This document shows positions 18,575 to 27,475 of a DNA stretch of 59,317 nt, in pieces; position 1 is the first letter of the stretch, and every line of letters starts with the position of its first letter. Location of the stretch: NCBI GenBank assembly GCA_003153415.1, contig PLYQ01000166.1, positions 1 through 59,317 of the forward strand. Reading direction: 5' to 3'. The notes under the pieces were generated by a model that saw only the letters and a program-made list of their open reading frames with translations, did no database searches and was not told the DNA's origin. The stretch comes from Rhodospirillales bacterium. Lineage in GTDB: Bacteria; Pseudomonadota; Alphaproteobacteria; Reyranellales; Reyranellaceae. Both the position numbers and the translations under genes were made by a program.

Positions 18575-19888
18575 ATGACGTCGTCGATAAACAACCGTTG
18601 CTCCGATGGCGCTCTCGCCCGCCAGCGGGTTCTGGGTCTGGCGTCTGCGATCCTCGCGATCTGCAGTGCAATTGGTTTCTCGGCCGCGATAACGTCGCGG
18701 GTCTACGCGCAGGCCTCGCCCAGCGTACCGTTCGACGACGCAGATGCGCAGCTTCGAGTAAGACAAGCGGCCAACGCAGCCAGCGCAGCAGCCAGTGAGG
18801 TCGATGAATTGCGCAAGGCGCTAGAGATCGAACGACGGCGTGTCGTTCAGACGAACGAAGAGCGTGACCTCAACGGCGCGGCGATCAAGACCCTGGAGAA
18901 GAACCTGCGCGAAGCAGAGACAAAACTGCGCGATCGAGAGGCAGCACTCAAGGAGGCCCAAGAGGCGCGCAGCCGCGGCCTCGCCGCCGAAGCTCAACGA
19001 AAGAAGATCGAGGATGCCCAACGCAAGCCAGCGGAAACCTCGGTGCCTCCACGGGATGCGACTTCCACGCCCCTGGCAATTCCTAAGGATCCACGCCAAA
19101 CACGTGAAGATACTCAACTAAAATTGACGGAAACTTTTGTACAGCCGCAAACCCAATCGCCGGGATGGATCGCAGACGCGAAGACGGGGTGCAAGGTCTG
19201 GAGCGTCTTCTCTAACTTTTGGCATTCAATCAGTTGGACAGGCGGTTGTCGGAACAACCTCGCGGAGGGTTCTGGCGTCCTGTACTATTTTTTGAATGGT
19301 AGGCCGGCTAGTCGCCAGGAAGGCGAGTACCGAGAGGGTAAACTCGCTGGTCGAGGTGTGTACACAACGGCGAACGGTTTACGCTTTGAGGGCGAATACC
19401 GAGACGGCCGGATTAACGGTCGGGGCGTGTTTGCGATGCCGAACGGAGAACGCTACGAAGGCGAGTATCGCGACAGTGGGCTGAATGGCCGTGGCATCTT
19501 CACTTCGTCGAACGGCGAGCGTTACGATGGCGAGTGGCGCGACGGCAAGAAAAATGGTCATGGTATCCACACTTGGCCGGACGGTCGCCGCTACGATGGC
19601 GAGTGGCGTGACAGCAAATACAGCGGTCGAGGTGTATTCACCTTTGCTGACGGCGGCCGCTACGAGGGAGAGTGGCGCGACGGCAAGCAAAATGGCAATG
19701 GCATCTACACTTGGCCAGATGATCGCCGCTACGAAGGTCAGTGGCTAAACGGCAAGCCGAATGGCCGCGGAACTTTCCGATCCGCCACTGGCCAAGTCTA
19801 TTCAGGTCAATGGACGAAAGGCTGCTTCAACGAAAGGGGCCTCAAACGTGCTGTCGGTGCGACGTCGAAAGAGTGTGGGTTTGAATAA
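18575..19888 (+). CDS. Exported coiled-coil + MORN-repeat protein
   Basis: Hydrophobic N-terminal segment ending VYAQ, long E/R/K/A coiled coil, seven full 23-aa YxGEWRDGKxNGxGxxTxxDGxR repeats. Start uncertain. Confidence 0.85.
   Translation: MTSSINNRCSDGALARQRVLGLASAILAICSAIGFSAAITSRVYAQASPSVPFDDADAQLRVRQAANAASAAASEVDELRKALEIERRRVVQTNEERDLNGAAIKTLEKNLREAETKLRDREAALKEAQEARSRGLAAEAQRKKIEDAQRKPAETSVPPRDATSTPLAIPKDPRQTREDTQLKLTETFVQPQTQSPGWIADAKTGCKVWSVFSNFWHSISWTGGCRNNLAEGSGVLYYFLNGRPASRQEGEYREGKLAGRGVYTTANGLRFEGEYRDGRINGRGVFAMPNGERYEGEYRDSGLNGRGIFTSSNGERYDGEWRDGKKNGHGIHTWPDGRRYDGEWRDSKYSGRGVFTFADGGRYEGEWRDGKQNGNGIYTWPDDRRYEGQWLNGKPNGRGTFRSATGQVYSGQWTKGCFNERGLKRAVGATSKECGFE
19316..19821 (+). 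repeat. 69-bp-period coding tandem repeat (MORN)
   Basis: Recurrent CGCTACGAxGGCGAGTGGCGxGAC units inside the ORF. Confidence 0.85.
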
Positions 19889-19897
19889 GCATCTAAC

Positions 19898-20206
19898 ATG
19901 ACTTCATGGCCCTCGCTGCCTGCGCGCTTGTTGAGCCTGCTAGTCGCGATACCGGTTGCTGCCCAAACAGTAACTGACGGCGACACCATCAAGTTCGGCA
20001 CCACGATCTATCGCCTGTGGGGCATCGACGCGCCGGAAACCAAGCAAGTCTGCGCCGATGGCTGGCCCGCAGGATCCGAAGCGACCAGAGCCCTGGAGAT
20101 CGAAGCCCAAGCGTCCGAAGGCTTCGCAGAGAGTGATGTAGGCGTCGTGCGCGACAACGCCAAGCAGTTGAAGTTCAAGGCCGGGTCGACTGGTTTCGAG
20201 GACTAA
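19898..20206 (+). pseudogene. Truncated thermonuclease (SNase-family) gene
   Basis: VTDGDTIK..IYRLWGIDAPETKQ.C..GW.AG.EATRAL, then unrelated sequence. The D-x-Y-G-R half and C-terminus are missing. Confidence 0.75.
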
Positions 20207-20244
20207 AGCCCTACTGTCTGAGCAGGGTATGATTGAGGACGACT

Positions 20245-21105
20245 ATGCTTCCAGTACTCACGGGCGTCGACCCGCTAAACTTCTCGACATTTAAAATCAC
20301 GGCACTACACGGCGAGGACATTCTTTCGCATGCGACGGGCTTCTTTTACGTCGGCATTCTTGATGGGCAGCCGCACCACTGGCTTGTGACAAACTGGCAT
20401 GTGCTGTGCGGCCGAAACGCTGACGATCCGGAAATCATCCTTAGCAGCACAGGCTTAGTTCCGACGCACCTCTCAGTCGATTTCCTTCTAAAGGCCGGTG
20501 AACCCGAATACAGAGGGCGAGAGAGTGAGGCATTGTTCGCTGAAGTGCGGATCAGTCTATATGATCCCAACGGTCATGCGATTTGGTGGCAGCATCGATT
20601 GAAGAATGAGATAGATGTTGCGGTCTTGGAACCAGGTTCCGCACTGGACCGATCCGCATTTACTGCCGTCAACGGGAATAACCAGAATGACATGGCGGTC
20701 GAAATCGGAAACGAAGTCTTCATCCTTGGATACCCTCTCGCGTACAGTCATTTCATGAATACGCCAATATGGAAAAGGGGATCGATTGCATCGGAACCAC
20801 ACTTGAAGGTTGAGGGGACGAAGGAACGCGTGGTGATCGATGCTACGACGCGGACCGGCATGTCAGGGGGACCGGTATTTATGCGTGCTAAGACCCACTA
20901 CGCCGCTGATGATGGATCGATTAAGGCAATGCGGAATGCGACGCGCTTTATCGGCATCTATGCCTCCCGTCCTTCGCTTCGGCCGCAGGCTGAGGGGCCA
21001 CTTGAGGATCGCTCCGCGGAGCTTGGCTTCTTTTACAAGAGCAGTTCTATCTACGATGTCATCCGGGATCGATTGCCCGGGCCAAATGCAATGGCACTGC
21101 CGTAA
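20245..21105 (+). CDS. Stand-alone trypsin-like serine peptidase, no signal peptide
   Basis: ATGFF, LVTNWHV (His), IDVAVL (Asp), FILGYP, TRTGMSGGPVF (Ser), FIGIYAS. Confidence 0.8.
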   Translation: MLPVLTGVDPLNFSTFKITALHGEDILSHATGFFYVGILDGQPHHWLVTNWHVLCGRNADDPEIILSSTGLVPTHLSVDFLLKAGEPEYRGRESEALFAEVRISLYDPNGHAIWWQHRLKNEIDVAVLEPGSALDRSAFTAVNGNNQNDMAVEIGNEVFILGYPLAYSHFMNTPIWKRGSIASEPHLKVEGTKERVVIDATTRTGMSGGPVFMRAKTHYAADDGSIKAMRNATRFIGIYASRPSLRPQAEGPLEDRSAELGFFYKSSSIYDVIRDRLPGPNAMALP

Positions 21106-21345
21106 ATGATCCACTCGTAAAGCGACGTCCGCTTAGGTCATACGGCAGAACCATCGGGCGATGCTGGGCGGATGGAACTGACATCCAGGCCGCCATGGTG
21201 AGCGCCGGAATGGCTTGGGCGTTCGTTCGGTACAGTCGCGACTACGTCGAGGATGAGCGCAAAGCCAAAGAGGCGAAGCTCGGAGTCCACGCGCACGACT
21301 GCGAGTTGCCTTGGGAGTGGCGAGCGCAGCAACGGCAGTAGTGTC

Positions 21346-21618
21346 CTACGCAGGTTTCGCATTCTCGGGAGCGGGAGTGCAGTTCTTATCTTCAGCGTAC
21401 CATGACTGATCGAATTTGTAGAGTTCCTCGCACCACTTCAACGGCTGCAGACCGGCCTTCTCCCGCTCAAGGTTCTGTTTCTGAAAGTCTGTTGTGAACG
21501 CCAGCCGCTGATCGCGCGTCTTGCTGTCATGATAGAAAAGGCCCCCGACCAGCACGGCAGCGCAGCCGTTCAAAGCAATGGGCAGCATTAGCGTCGCGAG
21601 TATTCTGTGCACGTGCAC
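21346..21618 (-). CDS. Small lipoprotein
   Basis: Lipobox-like ALNGC after a hydrophobic stretch; purine-rich RBS. Confidence 0.6.
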   Translation of the reverse strand: MHVHRILATLMLPIALNGCAAVLVGGLFYHDSKTRDQRLAFTTDFQKQNLEREKAGLQPLKWCEELYKFDQSWYAEDKNCTPAPENAKPA

Positions 21619-21857
21619 CCCTCCCCCTAGTTCGCCCTCTCGGAGCGTTGGCGGCAGAATACATCCAAAGCGCCAAGTCGCTCATTCCATTTGCGGTTCT
21701 TAGGTGAGCTTCCCACATAATGCCGTACGATTGCCTGCCAGCCTGGGAGTGGCAGGCGCAAAAACGACTCGGCAGCGCGCCCGATCAACGCTAGGACTCC
21801 CGCCGTGGGGAAAGATCAACCGGTGTAGGCAGGGACGCCAAGCTGAGAGCGTCCCGC

Positions 21858-22103
21858 GTGCCCGACAACCTCCACACCCTCGCCCACTCTCATCACCCTC
21901 TCGGCGTCGAATGCCCGTGCGGCCGGCGCGCCCTGGTCGACGGCAAGGTGCTGGGCGCGCACGACGGCAACATGACCGAGCTCGACCACCTGCCGCTCAA
22001 GTGCTCGGTGTGCGGATCGCGGCCGAAGGTGGTCAGGCTGTTCTATAGCCAGGCCGACGTCGATGCGTTCATGGGTGCGCCGGTCGGGCGGGTGGCGTTC
22101 TAG
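21858..22103 (+). CDS. Small Zn-ribbon protein
   Basis: ECPCGR ... LKCSVCGSR; high GC at third codon positions. Confidence 0.6.
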   Translation: MPDNLHTLAHSHHPLGVECPCGRRALVDGKVLGAHDGNMTELDHLPLKCSVCGSRPKVVRLFYSQADVDAFMGAPVGRVAF

Positions 22104-22259
22104 TCGCGCATCTGCTTCCGCAGCACTGCCAGCCGCGCCATCATCGCGTCGATGGTCTCGGCGTCCCAGCCCCGTACAAGACGCGTTCCTACGTTGATTG
22201 CCTGATGGACTCGACGCAGACTGGCTGCGTGCAAATGAAGTCAGGGGGAAACGGTCAGC

Positions 22260-22856
22260 GTGAAATATTTACTGTCCATCGCCTGCCTCGCGGCGGCCGT
22301 CCTGATGGGACCAGGGCCTGTTCATTCCCAGACAGTGCCCTCTACTCTCCGGCACATCCCCCTCCGCCTCCCTGAGCTGACACTAGCATTCGGCCCTGTT
22401 TGTTGTGAGGACACGACGCCGGGGCACTTCCAAACTAGCATCCAGGCGTTCACGGTGACCAACGCCGGCCAGGGAACAGCCCATGACGTGACCTTGGTGG
22501 TGTCTCATGTGACGCGTGACGGGGAGAACGGGCCCTTCAATATTATCGAGCTGGTCGCTGCCTACAAAGGAACATTTGTTGCCCTCGAACTCCCCCAGCC
22601 GCCGCCCATCGTTCCCGCCTGCGACCCCGACTTCGTGGACGGGACCTGGACCCGGCATCGCTGTACCTATCACGTAGACTTGGGGAGGGGCGAACAACTG
22701 CAAGTCAAGTTCCGGACGGGCGGGTGCCCGCGCAGGGAGCCGCGCCACGATTATTTTATGTCCTCGATACAAGCGACGACGCGCGGCGACTCGGGGCGGG
22801 GATTTCACACGTTAACCTTAGAGAACGACACAAACTCGCCACCGTCAGGATGCTAG
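22260..22856 (+). CDS. Secreted hypothetical protein, possible Ig-like fold
   Basis: Signal peptide, FTVTNAGQGTAHDVTL, DLGRGEQ. Confidence 0.55.
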   Translation: MKYLLSIACLAAAVLMGPGPVHSQTVPSTLRHIPLRLPELTLAFGPVCCEDTTPGHFQTSIQAFTVTNAGQGTAHDVTLVVSHVTRDGENGPFNIIELVAAYKGTFVALELPQPPPIVPACDPDFVDGTWTRHRCTYHVDLGRGEQLQVKFRTGGCPRREPRHDYFMSSIQATTRGDSGRGFHTLTLENDTNSPPSGC

Positions 22857-23289
22857 CCATGATCGAAGCGGTTTTCAAAGACTGGCTCGGCCTCTCCGGT
22901 TCCACACGTCGCGTCGAATTGCCTATCGCGGAATAGGCGGTCGACCGGGATCGGGTCCGGCATTTTCTCCAAGACGCGCGTGGCGGGGCGCCGAAAGGAA
23001 AGCGCAATGGCATGTACCGACACGGCAATCACACGAAGGAGGCGGTGGGTCTGAACCGCTGACTCTCTGCCTTGCAACGTGAATCGCGCGCCCTGCTTCG
23101 CCGTCTAAATTCGTGATGCAGATTGAAGGCCGCACTGGCGCCCGATGGGCTCGTATTGCGGGCTAAAGGTCACCAGACCCTGGGTCCAATTTAGAGCGGT
23201 CAATGGCTCTAAGGACAGAGCCTGACGCGGGTTCCACGGCTAATTGCATAGCTCGGAGTAACAAACCGCCCCTCGGAACGTTCTCCGTT

Positions 23290-23817
23290 GTGCCCGTTAT
23301 CCCCATAGCCATTTACGCTGTCGTCATCGTGTGCGCCGCGGGTTGCCTGTACGGCGCGCTGCGCGAGGCGCGCGGGCGGTCGATGCGGCTTTGGCGCCTG
23401 TTCGCGACGCCGCTGCTCGCACTGGCCATCGCATCAGTGCTTCTGCTTTTCCCGGCGACCTGGCCGCACCCCCTGTTGCTGTGGGGTGCGGCGTTCGCCA
23501 TCGGGTTGGCGGTTGGCGCCATGCGGGGTCCCTTCATCAACTTCCAGGTCGATCACGAGTGGCACATGATACGGCTGAAATACGCGCGCGATGGACGCGC
23601 GGTCGCCGTCGCGCTGACGGCGATGGGCGCGCTCGAAATCGCCTCTTCCCTCGCGGCACCGGCCGGTTCGCCCTATCACCCGATCCTGGCGGCCGGCACG
23701 GCTGCCTGTGCCGGTTTCCTCATGGGCCGGGCGGTGACCGTGGGGATGCGTGCGCGGCGAGAGTCGCATTCTGAATTTCGCACCTATGCCCGACGGCCGC
23801 CGTTGCAGACTGGCTAG
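23290..23817 (+). CDS. Multi-pass membrane protein (CcdC/DUF1453-like)
   Basis: Four to five hydrophobic segments; RLWRLFATPLL, GLAVGAMRG. Start uncertain (ORF opens at 23203). Confidence 0.5.
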   Translation: MPVIPIAIYAVVIVCAAGCLYGALREARGRSMRLWRLFATPLLALAIASVLLLFPATWPHPLLLWGAAFAIGLAVGAMRGPFINFQVDHEWHMIRLKYARDGRAVAVALTAMGALEIASSLAAPAGSPYHPILAAGTAACAGFLMGRAVTVGMRARRESHSEFRTYARRPPLQTG

Positions 23818-23904
23818 CTATTGCTGCGATTGCAGAAGGCGTAGTGTGACGCATCATCGCCGTCGGCCGGTGCGCCGTTGTCTACTCCGCGGCGCGATGG
23901 ACCT

Positions 23905-24414
23905 TGACGCTCGCTTTCGATGGGCGCACGCGCCCTCCTGGTCGAGTTGAAGGCTCTCTACTTCGGCAACAACAACGGCTCGCTGTTCCTGAGCGTGCGC
24001 GAGGCCGCCAAACGTGTCCGCATTGGCAAGACCTTGGCCGCAGAGTGCTTACTCGACCTCTGCGCCCGTGGTTTTATCCGTGTAGCCCGGCGCGGCGAGT
24101 ACACGATGAAAATGGCGTCACGTCGTGGCGATGCTACCGCGTGGATCCTGACTGAGTATCCCATAGGCGATGCGAAAGGAGCCGGAACCAGGGACTTCAT
24201 GAAATGGAAGCCGCCACCGGACAGCGAGCGACAACGTTCAAAAAATCATTTGACGGTCCGCGTGGAGGGACGCGCTGTCCCTCTGGGCGGACACTCGCCC
24301 CGAAATGGCGCCGAACTGTCCTCCCACACGGACACTTTGGGCACAAAACCACCCTCTGACGGTCCGCCTGGAGGGACACAGATAGTTTACCAAGGGAAGG
24401 GCTGTAGCAGATGA
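23905..24414 (+). pseudogene. 5'-truncated winged-HTH replication-initiator-like gene
   Basis: (TGA)RSLSMGARALLVELKALYFGNNNGSLFLSVREAAKR..IGK..A...L.DL..RGFI...ATAWILTEYP. The in-frame TGA at 23905 sits where a Trp codon would be expected. Iterons lie in the 3' end. Confidence 0.6.
24256..24377. repeat. Four palindromic iterons GTCC-N8-GGAC (putative origin)
   Basis: Copies at 24256, 24277, 24318 and 24362. Copies 1 and 4 share TGACGGTCCGCSTGGAGGGAC; copies 2 and 3 share CTGTCC-N8-GGACACT. Confidence 0.75.
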
Positions 24415-24482
24415 AATCAGAACAGCATTGCGGGAGCGAGAGCGCGGCGCGGACCGGCAACGAGTCCAGCACCAGTGCTCGC

Positions 24483-24526
24483 GCGCGGTCCCGCTCTCCC
24501 AAAGTGCCCATGTCGGGACGAAATCA
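24483..24526 (+). repeat. Bipartite cis-motif, copy 2: GCGCGGTCCCGCTCTC-N13-GTCGGGACGAAATCA
   Basis: Matches 16326-16389. Confidence 0.85.
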
Positions 24527-24576
24527 GCGTAGCGTAAGCGTACCCCTCAACATCGAAGGATATTTCAAGGAGAGAG

Positions 24577-24735
24577 ATGATGCCAAACAACCACAGTCCG
24601 GGGCACATGCTAGCGACGAAGCCCAAGGCGACCAGCAAGACGACCCGCACGGTGCAGACGATGCTTCGCACCATCGGCAAGCCGACAACTACCCCCGTCA
24701 CCATCGGCGGGCGGCAACCCAAGCGCGGCAAGTAG
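24577..24735 (+). CDS. 52-aa basic Thr/Lys-rich small protein (below the ORF-track cutoff)
   Basis: AAGGAG RBS; MMPNNHSPGHMLATKPKATSKTTRTVQTMLRTIGKPTTTPVTIGGRQPKRGK. Confidence 0.4.
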   Translation: MMPNNHSPGHMLATKPKATSKTTRTVQTMLRTIGKPTTTPVTIGGRQPKRGK

Positions 24736-24945
24736 GGCATGTCACGGCGCGGTGTCGCGGGGTCACTCCCGCGCATCGCTGCCGTAGTACGATGTTGGAA
24801 GTAGCGCGCCGGAGCGGTATATTTCCAGCGTCATCGCCCGTGACAGAAACTTGGGCGTTCGTTCCCATCCCGCACGTCAGTCGGGATGCGTTGCCGCCGT
24901 CAGGCGAGGGCATCAAGTGTTAGATTCGTTCCACTAGAAGGCCGT

Positions 24946-25206
24946 TCAGTTTGGCGGGCGCCCTGGCGCGCCACTTGGATTGTTGGGATCCGAGTTTAGG
25001 CCACTGCGCGTAACTACCGGTCGATTGTCCGAGTTCAGAACCGCGGGTCCTGGTGTCATCGTTTCAGGTGCACTTGCTATCGGCCCCGCCGGCGAAACTA
25101 CGCCGGGAACGGAATCGGCGTCAGCGACACCCCCGGACCTTGAGGCGCTGCAGGCGGTAACGGCGAGTATGACTACTAAAAGGGCGGCTATCGGGCTGAA
25201 TTTCAT
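24946..25206 (-). CDS. Small lipoprotein with a disordered Pro/Ser-rich tail
   Basis: MKFSPIAALLVVILAVTAC lipobox; GGAG RBS. Confidence 0.65.
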   Translation of the reverse strand: MKFSPIAALLVVILAVTACSASRSGGVADADSVPGVVSPAGPIASAPETMTPGPAVLNSDNRPVVTRSGLNSDPNNPSGAPGRPPN

Positions 25207-25232
25207 GTGAACGCTCCATTGTTGCAGTACTC

Positions 25233-25257
25233 AACGGTACCTTTCACGCAAAGTTCC
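25233..25257 (-). promoter_or_regulatory. EcfG (general stress response sigma) promoter
   Basis: GGAAC-N16-CGTT on the minus strand, ending 27 nt before the lipoprotein ATG. Confidence 0.7.
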
Positions 25258-25427
25258 TCTGCGAGGTATGCGGAGCTGTATGGAACCGTGTCCCATTGCG
25301 TGTGCATCGAACGTTTAACTCAATCTAAATCAGTTGAAGAACTTGATGCTTTCGCATGCAAGATCTAGTGACGGAATTTGGGCACTGTATCAGTTTGAAA
25401 TCTGGCCGGTCTTGACACGGCTCGAAC

Positions 25428-25676
25428 ATGGCGGAGCCGCGACCGAAGCCCTATATTGAGGGCATGCAGCAGTACGACATCAAGATATTCCGCACACAAG
25501 CGGATGGAACGCTCCTGGCAAACTCCGACCCGTATTTCGTCATTATGTCCACCTTGGAAATGGTCGAGTCTCACGCCAGAGATCATTTGCAGGAGTGCGC
25601 CGACAAGGGTGACGTCATCCACGTCGAATTGGACGGCCGGGTTGTCTATAGATGGTCCTTACCGGCAAATGCCTAA
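25428..25676 (+). CDS. Small hypothetical protein
   Basis: 82-aa ORF with globular-looking composition; no family recognised. Confidence 0.4.
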   Translation: MAEPRPKPYIEGMQQYDIKIFRTQADGTLLANSDPYFVIMSTLEMVESHARDHLQECADKGDVIHVELDGRVVYRWSLPANA

Positions 25677-25890
25677 GGGACCCAAAGGTGAGCGCAGGCC
25701 TGCCGATCTGAACAAGCGCGCGTTTGCGATCATGCAGATCGCCACGGGCGAGGATGCCGAGACTTCAACGCCGAAAAGCCCAAAAGCCGAGGCTGGACGG
25801 CGCGGCGGTCTCAAGGGCGGCAGGTTTCGCGCAGACGCACTAACCAAAGACCAGCGCGCAGCCATCTGGAGGAAGCGTCATTGGCCAGAT
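25669..25890 (+). pseudogene. Decayed small basic protein (MPKGPKGE..RPAD..IATGE..GG.KGG..RA..LT..QR type, often next to IS elements)
   Basis: The recognisable sequence ends at QRAAI. The expected KA..ARW tail appears out of frame and the ORF runs on antisense to the next gene. Confidence 0.6.
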
Positions 25891-25905
25891 CCAATTTGCC
25901 GCGAA

Positions 25906-26334
25906 TTAATCGTCGCGACTCGTCCATTCATGTGGTCGTCCATAGCTGCTGGTAAAGTAGGTGATGCTATAGAGGACGAAGGTGGAATCTATGATGGCTC
26001 CGACCAGGTAGGCGTGCGCCCAGGGTTGCCCCCTGCTGGCCAGGAACAGGTAGACCATGAAGGCCTTCTCAACGGCACCGAAGACCATCGTCTCGAACCG
26101 CAGCCATGGACGGAAGGCGGATACGATCATCAGGACGCCGAGACTGAAAACCATCAGGCCCCAATGGCGCAGGGCAGGTACGCTCGACGGGCCGTATTCA
26201 AGCAGCCCGGAGAACAGACGCCCGTTCGCAAGCTCGATGTTGTAGGCCAAGAGGAGCGGCAGACATGTCGCCAAGCCGGAAATGATCAGGAACCCTTTGA
26301 AGGTCGCCGAGACGAAACGATCAACCCACTTCAT
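25906..26334 (-). CDS. Four-TM membrane protein
   Basis: GGAGA RBS before ATG 26334; RHWGLMVF, AVEKAFMV. Confidence 0.65.
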   Translation of the reverse strand: MKWVDRFVSATFKGFLIISGLATCLPLLLAYNIELANGRLFSGLLEYGPSSVPALRHWGLMVFSLGVLMIVSAFRPWLRFETMVFGAVEKAFMVYLFLASRGQPWAHAYLVGAIIDSTFVLYSITYFTSSYGRPHEWTSRDD

Positions 26335-26398
26335 CCGACATTCTCCATATGTGGACCTCGCAAGATGTTTTGGCACTGCATCAGTTTGAATTAGCCAA

Positions 26399-26617
26399 TT
26401 AGGGCAACGTGAGTTTCCAGCGTGGGCCGCTCGCGGTCGACGTGAACCAAGCAAGCGGCGCTGTAATCGAATACTGCTCCGCCTTCGCGGGCGTCAGTAG
26501 GACCGTCGCTCTGCCTGGGCCCATGTCATGTATGATGCCATTGCCAATGTGTCCCTTGGCGGAATGCACTTCTACGCTATCACTTAGGTTCATATTTCCC
26601 CGTCCGTATCTTGCCAT
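26399..26617 (-). CDS. Small hypothetical protein
   Basis: 72-aa ORF downstream of the P63C relic. Confidence 0.35.
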   Translation of the reverse strand: MARYGRGNMNLSDSVEVHSAKGHIGNGIIHDMGPGRATVLLTPAKAEQYSITAPLAWFTSTASGPRWKLTLP

Positions 26618-26641
26618 GGCATACTGCGCCCTAGGCGAAAA

Positions 26642-26948
26642 TTATAGGCCCTTCCCGTCGTCCTTCACCGGCAGCGGGAGCGCGAGTTTCATCGTCTCGT
26701 TGTAGCGAGGGTGGATGCGGTCAAGCTTCTCGATGAAGTCCTCGTAATCGTCGCTCAGCTTCATTATCGTGATCTCCGAGGCGAGCAATTCGCGGACCAA
26801 AGTCTTCGGTAAGACGCTGCGGGAATCTGTGCTTTAGGCGCCCATCCGGCCGTCGCGGGGTGACGCGACGAAGCTCCTCTAAAGCTCCCGGCGCCAGACG
26901 CCGATATACAATGTCATTCGTTAGATGACCGAAATACCGAGGACGCTG
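26642..26948 (-). pseudogene. P63C-domain protein relic: 3' part only, frameshifted
   Basis: Hand translation: QRPRYFGHLTNDIVYRRLAPGALEELRR..QRLTEDFG / frameshift near 26795 / RELLASEITIMKLSDDYEDFIEKLDRIHPRY. Confidence 0.75.
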
Positions 26949-27133
26949 ATAGACCGCGCATCATCCGATACGGCGAGGAACTTGAGGAGCAGGCATCCGC
27001 GTTGGAGCGGCAGGCCGCACACCTTGAGACTCCCACTCCATTAGCGCCGATTGTGAGCCGCACCGTCATGCAGATGCAGCAGCAGCAATAGCAGAAAGCG
27101 GCCCCCAAAGAGGGCGCCCCAACCGACCCGTAA
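26942..27133 (+). pseudogene. Fragment of a small coiled-coil/poly-Gln protein with an internal stop
   Basis: DADRPRIIRYGEELEEQASALERQA...MQMQQQQ*QKAAP; TAG at 27089, no start codon. Confidence 0.35.
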
Positions 27134-27475
27134 TCCAAGCCAAAACCAACCTTTCCTTAATGCGACAACCCGTCCTCGCCCGCCTTCAAGAACAACGGAA
27201 AAAGTCGCTATTTCGTCCAAATCCGCCGCTAAATCCCGCTCATGAAGAGCGCGACGTTCCTTGTATGGGTGGCGGCTGCCTTGATGTTGGCGGTGATTGC
27301 CGCGCCACACGGACAGCGACAGGTAGGGTCTCTGGACGGTATCGACCCTGTGACGCCGTCGCTCGCCTTTTTTCAGGTGGCGTCGCAGGCTAACCGCTGA
27401 GCCAACCTACACGTCCCTTGCCCTGGCCGACCCGGACTTCCAGCCGCTCCCAAGCCTAGTCGCCCGCCAGCGTGG

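Noticed and set aside
19316-19821. CRISPR-like or diversity-generating repeat array
   Set aside because: The 69-bp units are degenerate in-frame MORN codons with no unique spacers; no cas or reverse transcriptase genes are present.
23191-23212. TTAGAGC-N8-GCTCTAA inverted repeat as a transposon end
   Set aside because: Single short copy, with no partner end or transposase in the window.
23275-23298. Third EcfG promoter (GGAAC...CGTT)
   Set aside because: The spacer is 15 nt rather than 16-17 and it overlaps the probable start codon.
25456-26394. 312-aa ORF as one real gene
   Set aside because: It is a chimera: non-coding lead-in, a decayed small basic protein from 25669, then read-through antisense to a membrane-protein gene.
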